A stretch of 64,000 nucleotides of DNA from NCBI GenBank assembly GCA_050250895.1, contig JBFWNU010000001.1, forward strand, positions 3,808,149-3,872,148. The letters are read 5' to 3'. The translations under genes and the position numbers were made by a program. The stretch is from Vulcanimicrobiota bacterium. Its GTDB lineage: Bacteria; Vulcanimicrobiota; Xenobia; Xenobiales; JADMJV01. How positions within the stretch are numbered: the first letter of the stretch is position 1; every line of letters begins with the position of its first letter. The notes under the pieces were generated by a model. That model was not told where the DNA came from and searched no databases. It saw nothing but the letters and a program-made list of their open reading frames with translations. Positions 27,063-36,356 of the stretch are shown here, piece after piece.

Positions 27063-28067
27063 TCAGTTCTGGTGGACCCAGGCTAACAACTGGTCGCAAC
27101 TCATAAAGTTTAGAATCCGCTCGGGGGGGATGCCGGCCTCCAGGGTGGCCGCCAACCCGAAAGTCAGGAACTCCAGTTGGCGGGCGCTATGGGCGTCGCT
27201 ACCCAGCGAGATCATGGTGCCGGCCCGGGCGGCACTGGCCAGCAGGGGAGCGGCCATATCCTGGCGGGTCGGGTAGCAATCGATTTCGAGAGCGACCCCC
27301 AGCTCGGCAGCCCGTTCGCAGACGATATCCCAATCGGCCCGGAGGCCTGATCGGTAGTTGTAGATGCGTCCCTGAGGGTGAGCCAGCACGTGGATGTGGC
27401 CGAACTCGAGAGCGGCCAGGTAGCGCTCGGTCTGGTCCTCCGGGCGACGCAGCGAAGAGTGGAAGGCGCCGATCAGGATATCGGCCTGGGCCAGCACCTC
27501 GTCGGCCAGGTCGGGGCGTCCTTTGGGACTCAAGTTGAGTTCGACCGAGCGCAGCAGTCGAACACGGGCTTCTGGCTGATACTCGTCGATGGCCTGCCAT
27601 TGGGCGTTTAGGCGAGCAGCATCCAGTCCCCGGGCTATCTTGAGCCCGCCGGCGTGGTCGGTGATGGCCAGATACTCATGACCTTGCAAGACCGCCGCCT
27701 CGGCCATCACTTCTAACGGCTGGGTGCCGTCGCTCCAATCGGTGTGACAATGGAGGTCGCCCCGCAGCTGACTGCTCCAATCCGGCCGGCCGCGCAGCCG
27801 GGCGCGGGCCTCATCGAGACTGAGAAAGTGAGCCCGCAGGGCGGGCTCGGTCGGGCGTGAAGCCTGGCCCCACTCCCGTAGGCGGCGGGCCAGCACCGGC
27901 CCGATTCCCTCCAGCTCTGTCAGAGGGCGGCCCTCGGCCAGCATCTGTTCCACCGCCATGGGCCAGCTGAGCGCCTTGCGGGCGGCTCGCCGCAAGGCTC
28001 GGCGGAAATGACCCTCGGCCGTGTCACCGGCCAGGGCTAGAAGTTCGGCGTAGTCGCCGTTGGTCAC
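27063..28067 (-). CDS. PHP-domain protein with N-terminal HhH (PolX/YcdX-like)
   Basis: EGIGP HhH, DLHCHTDWSDG, ITDH, LAHP and GSDAH motifs. Confidence 0.85.
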   Translation of the reverse strand: MTNGDYAELLALAGDTAEGHFRRALRRAARKALSWPMAVEQMLAEGRPLTELEGIGPVLARRLREWGQASRPTEPALRAHFLSLDEARARLRGRPDWSSQLRGDLHCHTDWSDGTQPLEVMAEAAVLQGHEYLAITDHAGGLKIARGLDAARLNAQWQAIDEYQPEARVRLLRSVELNLSPKGRPDLADEVLAQADILIGAFHSSLRRPEDQTERYLAALEFGHIHVLAHPQGRIYNYRSGLRADWDIVCERAAELGVALEIDCYPTRQDMAAPLLASAARAGTMISLGSDAHSARQLEFLTFGLAATLEAGIPPERILNFMSCDQLLAWVHQN

Positions 28068-29428
28068 AGCCGATGACGACCCTCGAGACGGCCCGCGGGA
28101 GCCTGCCGAGGTTGGTCGCTGGAATTCACCAGGTGCACTTCTCCCTCCAGAACGGTCTGGTCGTGGAGCCGCACTGGACCTTCCACCCGCAACCCCTGGC
28201 AGGCCTTCAGGCTGGGAACCCCGCTCACCAGCGACTCGAAATCGGCCATGAGCTTATAGTGATTACTATCAAGGTCCACCGCCGGCAAAGGCCCCTGGTC
28301 CGTGCGCACCAGACTGAAGTCCTCGCGTAGGTCGAATAGATCAGAGCGCACCACCAACAGATCGCTGGTCGTCTTGACCGGCACGAAGCGGGTCCGGGGC
28401 ACTTCGATCGCGCGGGCTCCCTCGATGGTGCCGATGGCCGCTCCCATGGCGGTTTCGAGCTGGACCACCGGGGGCGAATCGGGTTGATCGGGTCGAAGCG
28501 GCTTGCGGTTGACGATCAGCGGGAGGTCGTCCCACCGCTCATCGAGTGCCTCGAGGTCGAGCCAGAGGTTGTTGGTGTTGAAATAACGATGTCGCTCGAT
28601 GTCGCCGAAGGCTTCAGCGTCTGATTCGGGACATTGGGCCACTTCGCGCAGCAAGAGCTGACCAGTCTGAGCGTGGCGAGCCAGGTGTCCACCTTTGCGG
28701 TCGGACTCGGTGCGCCGCGTTACCTCCATCAAGAACGGGGGCTGCTCCTGGGCCAACCAGCGTAGGATCCGCAGGTCCAGCACCGCCCCCAGGTTATCGA
28801 CGTTGGAGACGAAGGCCCAGCGGATACCCCGCTCGCGCAGGCTTTCTACCAGCCCCGACTCTCTGAGCGACGGATAGAGATCTCCGTGCCCGGGGGGACA
28901 CCACTCGTAGTGGGGCTGCCCGTCATCACGAGCCGGCTCGCCGTCCGGCGTCAGTTTGGGAATGCGCGACTGCAAGAACTCATGCGGATGGTCTTGCTCA
29001 AAGCCCATCTCGGCCAGAGCCTGGTTCGTGCTTTGCTGAGTGTTGAAGCTGTTCATCAGCAGCAGCGGCACTTCCAGACCTTGAGTCTTGCGCAGGTGGC
29101 ACAGCTGGCCTACCACCAGCTCGAGAAAACTATGATTCCCCCGGACCGGCAAGAGGGCTTTGGGACCCTCCAGGCCCATGCTGGTTCCCAACCCTCCATT
29201 GAGCTTGATGACCACTACCTGGCGTAACAGGACCTCGTCGCCCAGGGGCAGCGCCTCGAGCCGGGGGAGGGAATCGACCGGGTCGAGTTCGCTCTCTGGC
29301 AGCTGGCCAGCTCCCTCCTCAAGATAGCGATGGCGGTTTCTTTGAAAGCGACGGATCTGGGCCGGGGTGCAACCGGCCTTTCGCATCTTGGCGGTGACGG
29401 CCTCCTGGGCACTGATCTTCGTGGTCAT
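28064..29428 (-). CDS. UTP--glucose-1-phosphate uridylyltransferase (eukaryotic-type UGPase)
   Basis: KLNGGLGTSMG, LMNSFNT, WCPPGHGD, SNVDNLGA, FNTNNLW, QLETAMGAA and RFVPVKT motifs. Confidence 0.92.
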   Translation of the reverse strand: MTTKISAQEAVTAKMRKAGCTPAQIRRFQRNRHRYLEEGAGQLPESELDPVDSLPRLEALPLGDEVLLRQVVVIKLNGGLGTSMGLEGPKALLPVRGNHSFLELVVGQLCHLRKTQGLEVPLLLMNSFNTQQSTNQALAEMGFEQDHPHEFLQSRIPKLTPDGEPARDDGQPHYEWCPPGHGDLYPSLRESGLVESLRERGIRWAFVSNVDNLGAVLDLRILRWLAQEQPPFLMEVTRRTESDRKGGHLARHAQTGQLLLREVAQCPESDAEAFGDIERHRYFNTNNLWLDLEALDERWDDLPLIVNRKPLRPDQPDSPPVVQLETAMGAAIGTIEGARAIEVPRTRFVPVKTTSDLLVVRSDLFDLREDFSLVRTDQGPLPAVDLDSNHYKLMADFESLVSGVPSLKACQGLRVEGPVRLHDQTVLEGEVHLVNSSDQPRQAPAGRLEGRHRL

Positions 29429-29509
29429 GCCAGCAGTCTAGCAGGGAAGGACGGGTAGCATGATAGCCATCGAGCTACCGAACCCCCATCTCGGAGGATG
29501 CCCACCCGG

Positions 29510-30304
29510 CTAGCGTTCGGCGACTCCATACTGCTGCTTGAGGCCGCGGCCCAGGCGGTCGAGTCGATCCACCTTCTCCTGGAGCGCCTGGCCCTGTCCC
29601 GACAGGCGGGTCAATTCGTCGACGTTGTGGCTGACGGTGGCATTCTTGACGCCCTCGAGCAGAGCCAGACCCTGGTCCATCATCTCGAGGGTAAGTTGGT
29701 GATGGTCTCGGCACACCTGCGGGGGATGCAGGGCCGCTACCGCTTTGCGAGCGGTTCGCTGTTGTTCGATCAGGTCGTCGAAGCCCCCCGTGTCCCCGGC
29801 CATGCTTCGGTTGAGCACACCGGTGGCAAAGGCCTGAGGGTCGTCGATACTGGGGCTCGAGGCGGTGGCTTTGGAAAGAGCCCGAAAATAGTTGGCAACC
29901 TCGGCCTGTTCGCTCGAATCAACCTGAGGCGCCGGAGGGTCGGTCGGCGGCGGAGCGACGGCGGGGACGGGCTGGGGGTGAGGCGCCGGCGCGGCCGGGG
30001 CCGGCGCCGGTTGGGGGCGTGGGGCCACCGGCCGAACGGCGACGGGCCGGGGCGGTGGTGGCTGGGATACGGCGGGGGCCGGCGGAACCGGTGCCGGAAC
30101 TGCGGGCGGCGGCTCGACTTTAAGGGGTTGCGACGGCGGTTCTTCGCTGGTGGTGGGGCGCTCGACCTGGGCCACCACCGGGGAACGGTTGGATTCGCGT
30201 CCCAGCAGAAAGACGGTGGCCAGCAGGCCGACGGCGGCGAGTGCGCATAATCCCACCAGCAGCCAGCGCGGGATAGTCACGTTGTCGTTTGATGAAGGTT
30301 CCAC
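29510..30304 (-). CDS. Hypothetical membrane-anchored protein with Pro-rich linker
   Basis: N-terminal TM, Pro/Ala-rich linker and helical C-terminal domain. Confidence 0.65.
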   Translation of the reverse strand: MEPSSNDNVTIPRWLLVGLCALAAVGLLATVFLLGRESNRSPVVAQVERPTTSEEPPSQPLKVEPPPAVPAPVPPAPAVSQPPPPRPVAVRPVAPRPQPAPAPAAPAPHPQPVPAVAPPPTDPPAPQVDSSEQAEVANYFRALSKATASSPSIDDPQAFATGVLNRSMAGDTGGFDDLIEQQRTARKAVAALHPPQVCRDHHQLTLEMMDQGLALLEGVKNATVSHNVDELTRLSGQGQALQEKVDRLDRLGRGLKQQYGVAER

Positions 30305-30441
30305 CTTACGAAGTTCTCGGCTGGGCGGGGACTTCCCGCTCCCGGCGCCCTCGAGAAACTTGAGAAAAACTTAAGCCGGCGCCGGGATGCTCTTAAGGCC
30401 GCCGGCCTACACTTGAACTATCATCAATCTCGGAGGACCCA

Positions 30442-30801
30442 ATGAGAAAACTGACCCTAGCAATCATCGCTACCCTCTTTCTGGCCATCCCGGCGGCCGC
30501 CCAGACCACCATGGTGGCCGGTAATGTCTGGCAGGTCAACGGCCAGGGAGTCTATATCCAGAACAGCAACGGCATCACTTTCGTGGCCGCCAACCAGGCC
30601 CAGTTTTACACCAACGGGGTGCCCGTGGACTATCGCTACGTGGCCGTGGGCCAACCCGTCAACGCCTATGCCAACTCCATCATCCGCCAGGGCAACGCCG
30701 GCTACGCCAACGGTCCCAACGATCACCAGCGCAACAACTGGTCCCGCCGCCCTCATGCTAAGCGCCACGACCGCGACCGCGACCGGCGCTGGGGGCGATA
30801 A
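30442..30801 (+). CDS. Hypothetical secreted protein
   Basis: GGAGGA SD; signal peptide ending in AAA; 119 aa. Confidence 0.7.
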   Translation: MRKLTLAIIATLFLAIPAAAQTTMVAGNVWQVNGQGVYIQNSNGITFVAANQAQFYTNGVPVDYRYVAVGQPVNAYANSIIRQGNAGYANGPNDHQRNNWSRRPHAKRHDRDRDRRWGR

Positions 30802-30922
30802 GGCTTTCCGAAGCTCTGCTGCGATTGGCCGCTTATAGCCGACAGAGCCGGGTCTCGAGCAACTAGGTTCTCACTTTTGCCCGGGTGGGGGACGAAACTG
30901 CCCTCTCGCGGAATCTGTCTCG

Positions 30923-31975
30923 ATGCGTAGGCTCTTGTTGTTGCTGCTCGTTCTCTCGTCACTGGCCCGGGCTGAGGACCCGGGCCAGTCCTACCTGGCC
31001 GTGCTCGACGCCCGGACCGGTAAGCTCCTGGGTCACTACCTGATGGACACGGTGGTGCAAGAGCAGGTGATGGCCGGTAACGAGGTGCCGCACTTTCCCT
31101 ATACCCGACGCTTCATCGGCAAACTCGAACAGGTCACCTACATCGTCAGCTATCGCGACCACGATCGGCACGACAAACCGAGCGGCGGCTCCAAGGCTAT
31201 GGGCGACGTGCGCGTGTTGAGAAAGACTCCCAACGGCACGCCGGTGGCCGTGCGCCGGGCTTTTGACTCACCAGAGGCTGCCTTTGGGATCGTGAGCGAC
31301 GGCAGATTTCGGGCCCTGGTGCCGCGCACGACCTATCAGTCTGGGGGGCGCTCCATCGGGTTCGCCGATCCGGGTCTGGCGGTGGCCGGCAACTTTTTGC
31401 TCGTGGATAGCGAGCAGGGGATCAAAGCCTTGAGTCTTCCCAGCGGCCGTCAGGTGTGGCAGTCGAAGCTACACTTCCAGCACAGTCGTTGGGACTGGGG
31501 AGCCTGGTATCAGGGTGGCGCGCTCTATATCGAGGCACGGCAGGGCCTGGTGAAGGTCGACCCCGCCAACGGCGAGGTGTCGTGGGTTTGCCCGGTGGTG
31601 GGCGAGGCCAGCCTGGTCAGGCAATACGACGATGGTCGTGTCTATGTAGGCTATATCTGGCCACGCTTGGAGGTGAACCGGGCGCTAGAACAGGCTGCCC
31701 GTGAGCGGTTTAAGGTCGAGCAGCTCGGCGTTCACGTAGTCCCCTACAAAGATGGCTATTTCGGCCACACCGGGCCGATTCAGGGTCAGAGCAGCCCCGA
31801 CCACGCCGTCTGGGAGACGGTCCGGGACCAATGGAAGTTGATCTTCGAATATCCCGCCAGCCTCACCGACATCGAGCAGCTCGATGCCCTCTACGCCAGG
31901 CATCAATTCTCGCCCAGCATGCGCCGGCGGCTCACCACCCGCCACTACGACGGACCGCACCCCGACGAGCCTTAG
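30923..31975 (+). CDS. Secreted PQQ-like beta-propeller protein
   Basis: Signal peptide; repeats LDARTGK, ALSLPSGRQVW and VDPANGEVSW. Confidence 0.65.
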   Translation: MRRLLLLLLVLSSLARAEDPGQSYLAVLDARTGKLLGHYLMDTVVQEQVMAGNEVPHFPYTRRFIGKLEQVTYIVSYRDHDRHDKPSGGSKAMGDVRVLRKTPNGTPVAVRRAFDSPEAAFGIVSDGRFRALVPRTTYQSGGRSIGFADPGLAVAGNFLLVDSEQGIKALSLPSGRQVWQSKLHFQHSRWDWGAWYQGGALYIEARQGLVKVDPANGEVSWVCPVVGEASLVRQYDDGRVYVGYIWPRLEVNRALEQAARERFKVEQLGVHVVPYKDGYFGHTGPIQGQSSPDHAVWETVRDQWKLIFEYPASLTDIEQLDALYARHQFSPSMRRRLTTRHYDGPHPDEP

Positions 31976-32002
31976 CCACCGCCGCTAGTAGATTCGAACT
32001 TT

Positions 32003-32045
32003 TGTGAAGTTGCTCACAATGTTTTATGTAGTGTTGGCCTAAGCT
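32003..32045 (+). promoter_or_regulatory. CRP/FNR-type (or Rex-like) operator with -10 element
   Basis: TGTGA-AGTTGC-TCACA at 32003-32018 and TAAGCT at 32040-32045. Confidence 0.55.
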
Positions 32046-32075
32046 GAGTTCAATAAACTCAGGGAGGGTGAACCG

Positions 32076-35000
32076 ATGGATTATTTGCAGGGCAAAGGCT
32101 TTGTCTTTCTTTCCAGGGATACGATCGAGCGCGAGGTTCCCTGGCTGACCCCCGACGACTACACCATTTCGACCTTCGAAGACGCACCCATTCTGCTGCC
32201 TGGGCTCGAACTCCAGCCCACCTCCCTGCCCGAACCGAAGCTGGCGGTGGTGACCAGCGATAAAGCTCTCTATCGGCAAGACGACGACAAGGTGCATCTC
32301 TTTGTCTATGACCCGCTGGCGGCTGGCCTGCAAACCCAGCTGTGGGTGCGCCAGGCCTCGACGGTGGTGCGTAAACTGACGGTGGGATTCGACCGCTACG
32401 GCGCAGGGGCGGCGGTACTGGCGGGCCTGCCGGCCGGAAGATACTCGGTGGGTTGGGAGTGGGACGAGCGGGGGGGCTGCAACTTCGAGGTCGCTGGCTA
32501 CCAACTCGCGCCGCTGGTGGCTAGCCTCGAGCAACTGCAACGCCACCAGAACCTGGTCGACCTGGAGTTGCAGGTGGAGAGCTTCGGCCAACCGGTCGAG
32601 GGGGGCATGTGGGTCGAACTGGTCGAGGCCGGCCGGCCCGTCCGTCGGGGCTACGCGGTGGCTCGGGATGGGTGTTTGCGGGTTCGCCTCGAACTCGACG
32701 GCGAGGGGCCTTATAGCCTCAATCTCCAGCGAGCCTCGGAAGGCAGTCAGACGGCCACCGTGCCGCTGGTGGGCAGCACCCGGCGAGAGCGGGAAGAGAC
32801 GATTCTCTCGACCCTGGGCGGGATCTGGAGCGGCTCGCTGATGCCGGGCCAGGACAGTCACTGCGTGCGCGGTCTCTATCTGCGCGAGCTGGGTCGAGCC
32901 GAGGAAGCCTTTTGTCTCGAGCGAGTGGATGGCCGGAGAGTTCGGCTGATTGCCCAGACTGCGGCTCGCCAGCTGAGGGTGGTGGTGCTCGACCCGCTGG
33001 CGGTGCCTGGAGGAGAGCCTGGACCCCAACCTGATCTTAGCCAGGCCTGGAGGCTGGCCGGAGAGCAACGCTGGAAGGCAGCCCTGGAAGCGCTCCGGGG
33101 GCATTTCCATCCCGCCGCAGCCGCCCTGGAGGCGCGTTGCCGTTTGGCCCGGGGCGACCGCGATGGGGCTCAGGCCGCCGTTCGACGAGCCTTGCGCGGC
33201 GGCTATCGACGCCGCGACCTCGAGGATTTGAGCCAGTGCCTCTGGGTGGGCCAGCGAAGTATGCTGGTGAAATCGGTGCAGGCAGGGCAGGTCATCGAAT
33301 TGGAAGTGCCGGCCCCGATGGGCGTGGTGGCCCTGGGAGCCTTTCTTGACGACGGACCGTGGGAAGGTTGGGCAACTACGCTGGCGCCGCCTGCGGCTCA
33401 GGCCGACCTCACGCTGCCGCACCACTGTCAGGCCGGAGAAACGATGACCATCGAACTCGACCGACCGGCTGACAGCCGTCTCTATGTGGTGGTCAAGGAC
33501 CTGCGGCTGGGCTCTGAGAGCCACCCTGAGGCCAGGCTGGGCGGGCGCATTCTAGACTATGCTCGCTTGCTCGGCTCGCAGACCCGCACCGGCTCGGTGC
33601 GACCCCAGCAAACCTGCGCCTTCGGGGGCTTCTCGCCCGCCCACACCGAGCAGGCCCTCGAGAGCCTGGCCGGGGAGGGTGTAATCTCTCGGGCTCAGCT
33701 GCGCGAGATTCGGCAACGGATGCAGTGGGCCGGTCTTAGCCTGTTCGAGGCGGCCTCCCAGGCCGGTCTCGAGTGGGGACGGCTGGCTGCTCACCTCTGC
33801 GGGTTGGAATACCTCGAGACGATCGAGCCGGATAGCGAGATGGCGCAGTTGCTGCCCGAGCATCTAGCCCGTCGCTACCGGGTCTTTCCCCTCAGTCATT
33901 CCGATAATCTGCTGCGCGTGGCCATGGTCGATCCCAGGGATATTCTGGCCCTCGACGATATTCGAGTGATCACCGGCTTTGAACTCGAGCCCGTGGTCGC
34001 CTCACTAGAAGCTATTCACGCGGCCCTCGACCAGAGCTATGGGGTCACCGACCTGGTCGAGATCGAGGAAACCGTCAAGGACATCAGCGCTCTCGACTTC
34101 GGCTGCCTGGAGTTCGACGACCTGCACGAGGCCATAGCCCTCGACCGACTGGCGGGGCCGCGCTACCTGACCGCAAACGTGGCCGACGAGCCAGCCACCA
34201 AGGCCGAGGTCCTGTTTGCGGGTTGGGTCGAAGAGGCGCAGTTGCAGCTGCTCTTGCCCTCGGTCCCGGCTCAATTCGAGGTCCAGGCCTTGCTGGTCCG
34301 GCCCGATGACTGGAGCTTTCAACGCCTCACCTTCAGTTCGACCCGCCCCGTCCAGGCGCACCTGCAGTTGCCTCAATTCGTACATCCCGACGATCAGGTG
34401 GTCGGCTGGCTGGCGGTGGTAGCGGGCACCGGGCCCTTTCGGGTTTTGCTCGAGCGCGACGGAGTCGAGGTGGCCCTCGAACACCAGGTGGTGGACCTGG
34501 GCGCCAAGCTTCTCTTTCCGGCTTACCCCGGAGCCTACCTGGCTCGCGTCGAGTCGATCCCGACCGGGCTCGGGGACCTGGTCCGGGGTCGGGTCGAGCT
34601 ACCGGGCCAGGTGTCAGGTCTGCGTCGGACCATCGCCTGGCTGGGCCAGGGCGAAAGCCTCGACCGGGGCGACGACCCGGAGATCGTCAGCCTGCACCGG
34701 CTCGACAGTATTGCCGGTCCGATGGGCCGGTTGGCCCGGGCGACCAGCGACTACACCCATCTTTGTTGCGAGCAGACGGCCGCCAAGATTCTGGCTGCGG
34801 CCGCTCTCTGGAGCCTGGCCGATGGCTCGAACCGCACTCAGTATGAAGCTGTCATACGGGCCGGCCTCGAGCGCGAGCAGCGCATGCACCGACCGGGAAT
34901 GGGCTTTGCCCTCTATCCCGAGTGTGGCCGGCACGACAGCTTCTGGGGACCGAAAGCAGCCCTGTATCTACGCCAATTGAGCCTGTTGGATGCGCCTGAA

Positions 35001-36356
35001 CTAGGGCCTCTGGTTGAGCAGGCGGTGGCCATGGCCGACGACGTGTTGAGAGCCTCCAATCTCGCCTGGCCCCCTCCGAGTAAAGACCCTCAGACGACCT
35101 ATCTGCAGGCTCGCTTTGGTCAATCCACTCTGGAAGCCCTCGGCGCGGCTCGTCACGGCTTCCAGGCTGATGGGGCGGTCGCAAAGCGCCTGGCAGCTGC
35201 CTACCGGGCCGCGATTTTGTTGCGGCTGGGCGGTCCCTCGGATCGGGCCGCGGCCATGGTCCTGGCTGGCGAAGTGCTGAGTCAACTCGGTGAGGACGGT
35301 CGCCTCTATTCGACTTGCGATTCGATCGCGGCCCTGGCCTTGATGAGTGAAATGCGCCAGGCGACCCCCACCGGCAAGGGTGAGTATCGACTGATTGGCG
35401 AGGCCGATGATCCCGATCGTCTCGAGGTCCTTGACGGCGATGTTCTGGTTGAGGTTACGCGCCGTTTTCGCCAGGACTGGTCCGAGCTCTCGGGTTCGGT
35501 GGCACTCGAGGCGGTGCTGTCCACCGCCAGGCCGGCGGTGGGTCAAGCTCTCGAACTCGAGCTGAGCTTGCCCGCCGGCTATATAGCCGGCGACCTTGCC
35601 CATATCTGCCTCCCGGACTGTCTGGCGCGCGTCAGCGGCGGCGGCCAGATTCGGTCCTTCTCGCTTGACTTCGAGGGCCGGTCGAAGGTGACCGTTTCTC
35701 TGCAAGCCATTCATCCCACCGGTGGCCGTGAGCAACGTTTGCTGGTGTGTCTGCGCAACATGTTCGAGGAAGAGCGGGTGGGCCTGCCAGCGCCGTTGCT
35801 GGTGGCCGTGGCCCAGGTCCAGCCGGGAGAGGCCTCCCTGACGCTACCGCTCGAACTGTGCCGGTTGGACCTGACGGCCGAGGCCGCAGCGGTCGAAGGA
35901 CCCGCCTTGCGAGATTTCGTGGCCCAACTGCAAGAAGAGGCCCGGCGTCGGGGCGCGACCTCGTTGTTGCTGGATTGGTCCGAGCCAGGATTGGCTCGCC
36001 TACGACTGCGTCTCGCCGGCAAGATGGTCGAGCTGATGCAGCTGCCCGAGGCGGTGGCCGACGGTCTGGCCAGCCAGCTGGCCGAAGCCGGCGCTACCCT
36101 GACGCCCAGTGCCCTGGGAATGATCGCCAGCCTCGAGTTTGTCTCATCGGTCTCGCGGCTGGAATGGGTCCGGGCTCTGGCTCAGGTGGCCGCCGCTCTC
36201 GAGGGGGATGGGTCGCTCGACCTCGAGCGCTTACACAAGGCCCGTCCGAGCCAGCCCAATCCGAAGGTCGATCAGCTCTTCGCCATGCTGGCCGGCCCTG
36301 AGCCGGCAGCCGACGAGGTGCGACGGCTGATGTTCGAGCTGGTGGGCGAGCGTTAG
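32076..36356 (+). CDS. Alpha-2-macroglobulin-like thioester protein with inserted PilB/GspE N-terminal domains
   Basis: MG2-like start (SDKALYRQDDDKVHL), A2M-like segment (LQLPQFVHPDDQV), thioester-type CCEQ at 34764-34775, T2SSE_N-like insert ~33650-34050. GGGAGG SD; no signal peptide. Confidence 0.7.
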   Translation: MDYLQGKGFVFLSRDTIEREVPWLTPDDYTISTFEDAPILLPGLELQPTSLPEPKLAVVTSDKALYRQDDDKVHLFVYDPLAAGLQTQLWVRQASTVVRKLTVGFDRYGAGAAVLAGLPAGRYSVGWEWDERGGCNFEVAGYQLAPLVASLEQLQRHQNLVDLELQVESFGQPVEGGMWVELVEAGRPVRRGYAVARDGCLRVRLELDGEGPYSLNLQRASEGSQTATVPLVGSTRREREETILSTLGGIWSGSLMPGQDSHCVRGLYLRELGRAEEAFCLERVDGRRVRLIAQTAARQLRVVVLDPLAVPGGEPGPQPDLSQAWRLAGEQRWKAALEALRGHFHPAAAALEARCRLARGDRDGAQAAVRRALRGGYRRRDLEDLSQCLWVGQRSMLVKSVQAGQVIELEVPAPMGVVALGAFLDDGPWEGWATTLAPPAAQADLTLPHHCQAGETMTIELDRPADSRLYVVVKDLRLGSESHPEARLGGRILDYARLLGSQTRTGSVRPQQTCAFGGFSPAHTEQALESLAGEGVISRAQLREIRQRMQWAGLSLFEAASQAGLEWGRLAAHLCGLEYLETIEPDSEMAQLLPEHLARRYRVFPLSHSDNLLRVAMVDPRDILALDDIRVITGFELEPVVASLEAIHAALDQSYGVTDLVEIEETVKDISALDFGCLEFDDLHEAIALDRLAGPRYLTANVADEPATKAEVLFAGWVEEAQLQLLLPSVPAQFEVQALLVRPDDWSFQRLTFSSTRPVQAHLQLPQFVHPDDQVVGWLAVVAGTGPFRVLLERDGVEVALEHQVVDLGAKLLFPAYPGAYLARVESIPTGLGDLVRGRVELPGQVSGLRRTIAWLGQGESLDRGDDPEIVSLHRLDSIAGPMGRLARATSDYTHLCCEQTAAKILAAAALWSLADGSNRTQYEAVIRAGLEREQRMHRPGMGFALYPECGRHDSFWGPKAALYLRQLSLLDAPELGPLVEQAVAMADDVLRASNLAWPPPSKDPQTTYLQARFGQSTLEALGAARHGFQADGAVAKRLAAAYRAAILLRLGGPSDRAAAMVLAGEVLSQLGEDGRLYSTCDSIAALALMSEMRQATPTGKGEYRLIGEADDPDRLEVLDGDVLVEVTRRFRQDWSELSGSVALEAVLSTARPAVGQALELELSLPAGYIAGDLAHICLPDCLARVSGGGQIRSFSLDFEGRSKVTVSLQAIHPTGGREQRLLVCLRNMFEEERVGLPAPLLVAVAQVQPGEASLTLPLELCRLDLTAEAAAVEGPALRDFVAQLQEEARRRGATSLLLDWSEPGLARLRLRLAGKMVELMQLPEAVADGLASQLAEAGATLTPSALGMIASLEFVSSVSRLEWVRALAQVAAALEGDGSLDLERLHKARPSQPNPKVDQLFAMLAGPEPAADEVRRLMFELVGER

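Noticed and set aside
31932-33524. 530-aa minus-strand ORF
   Set aside because: Antisense shadow of the macroglobulin-like gene.
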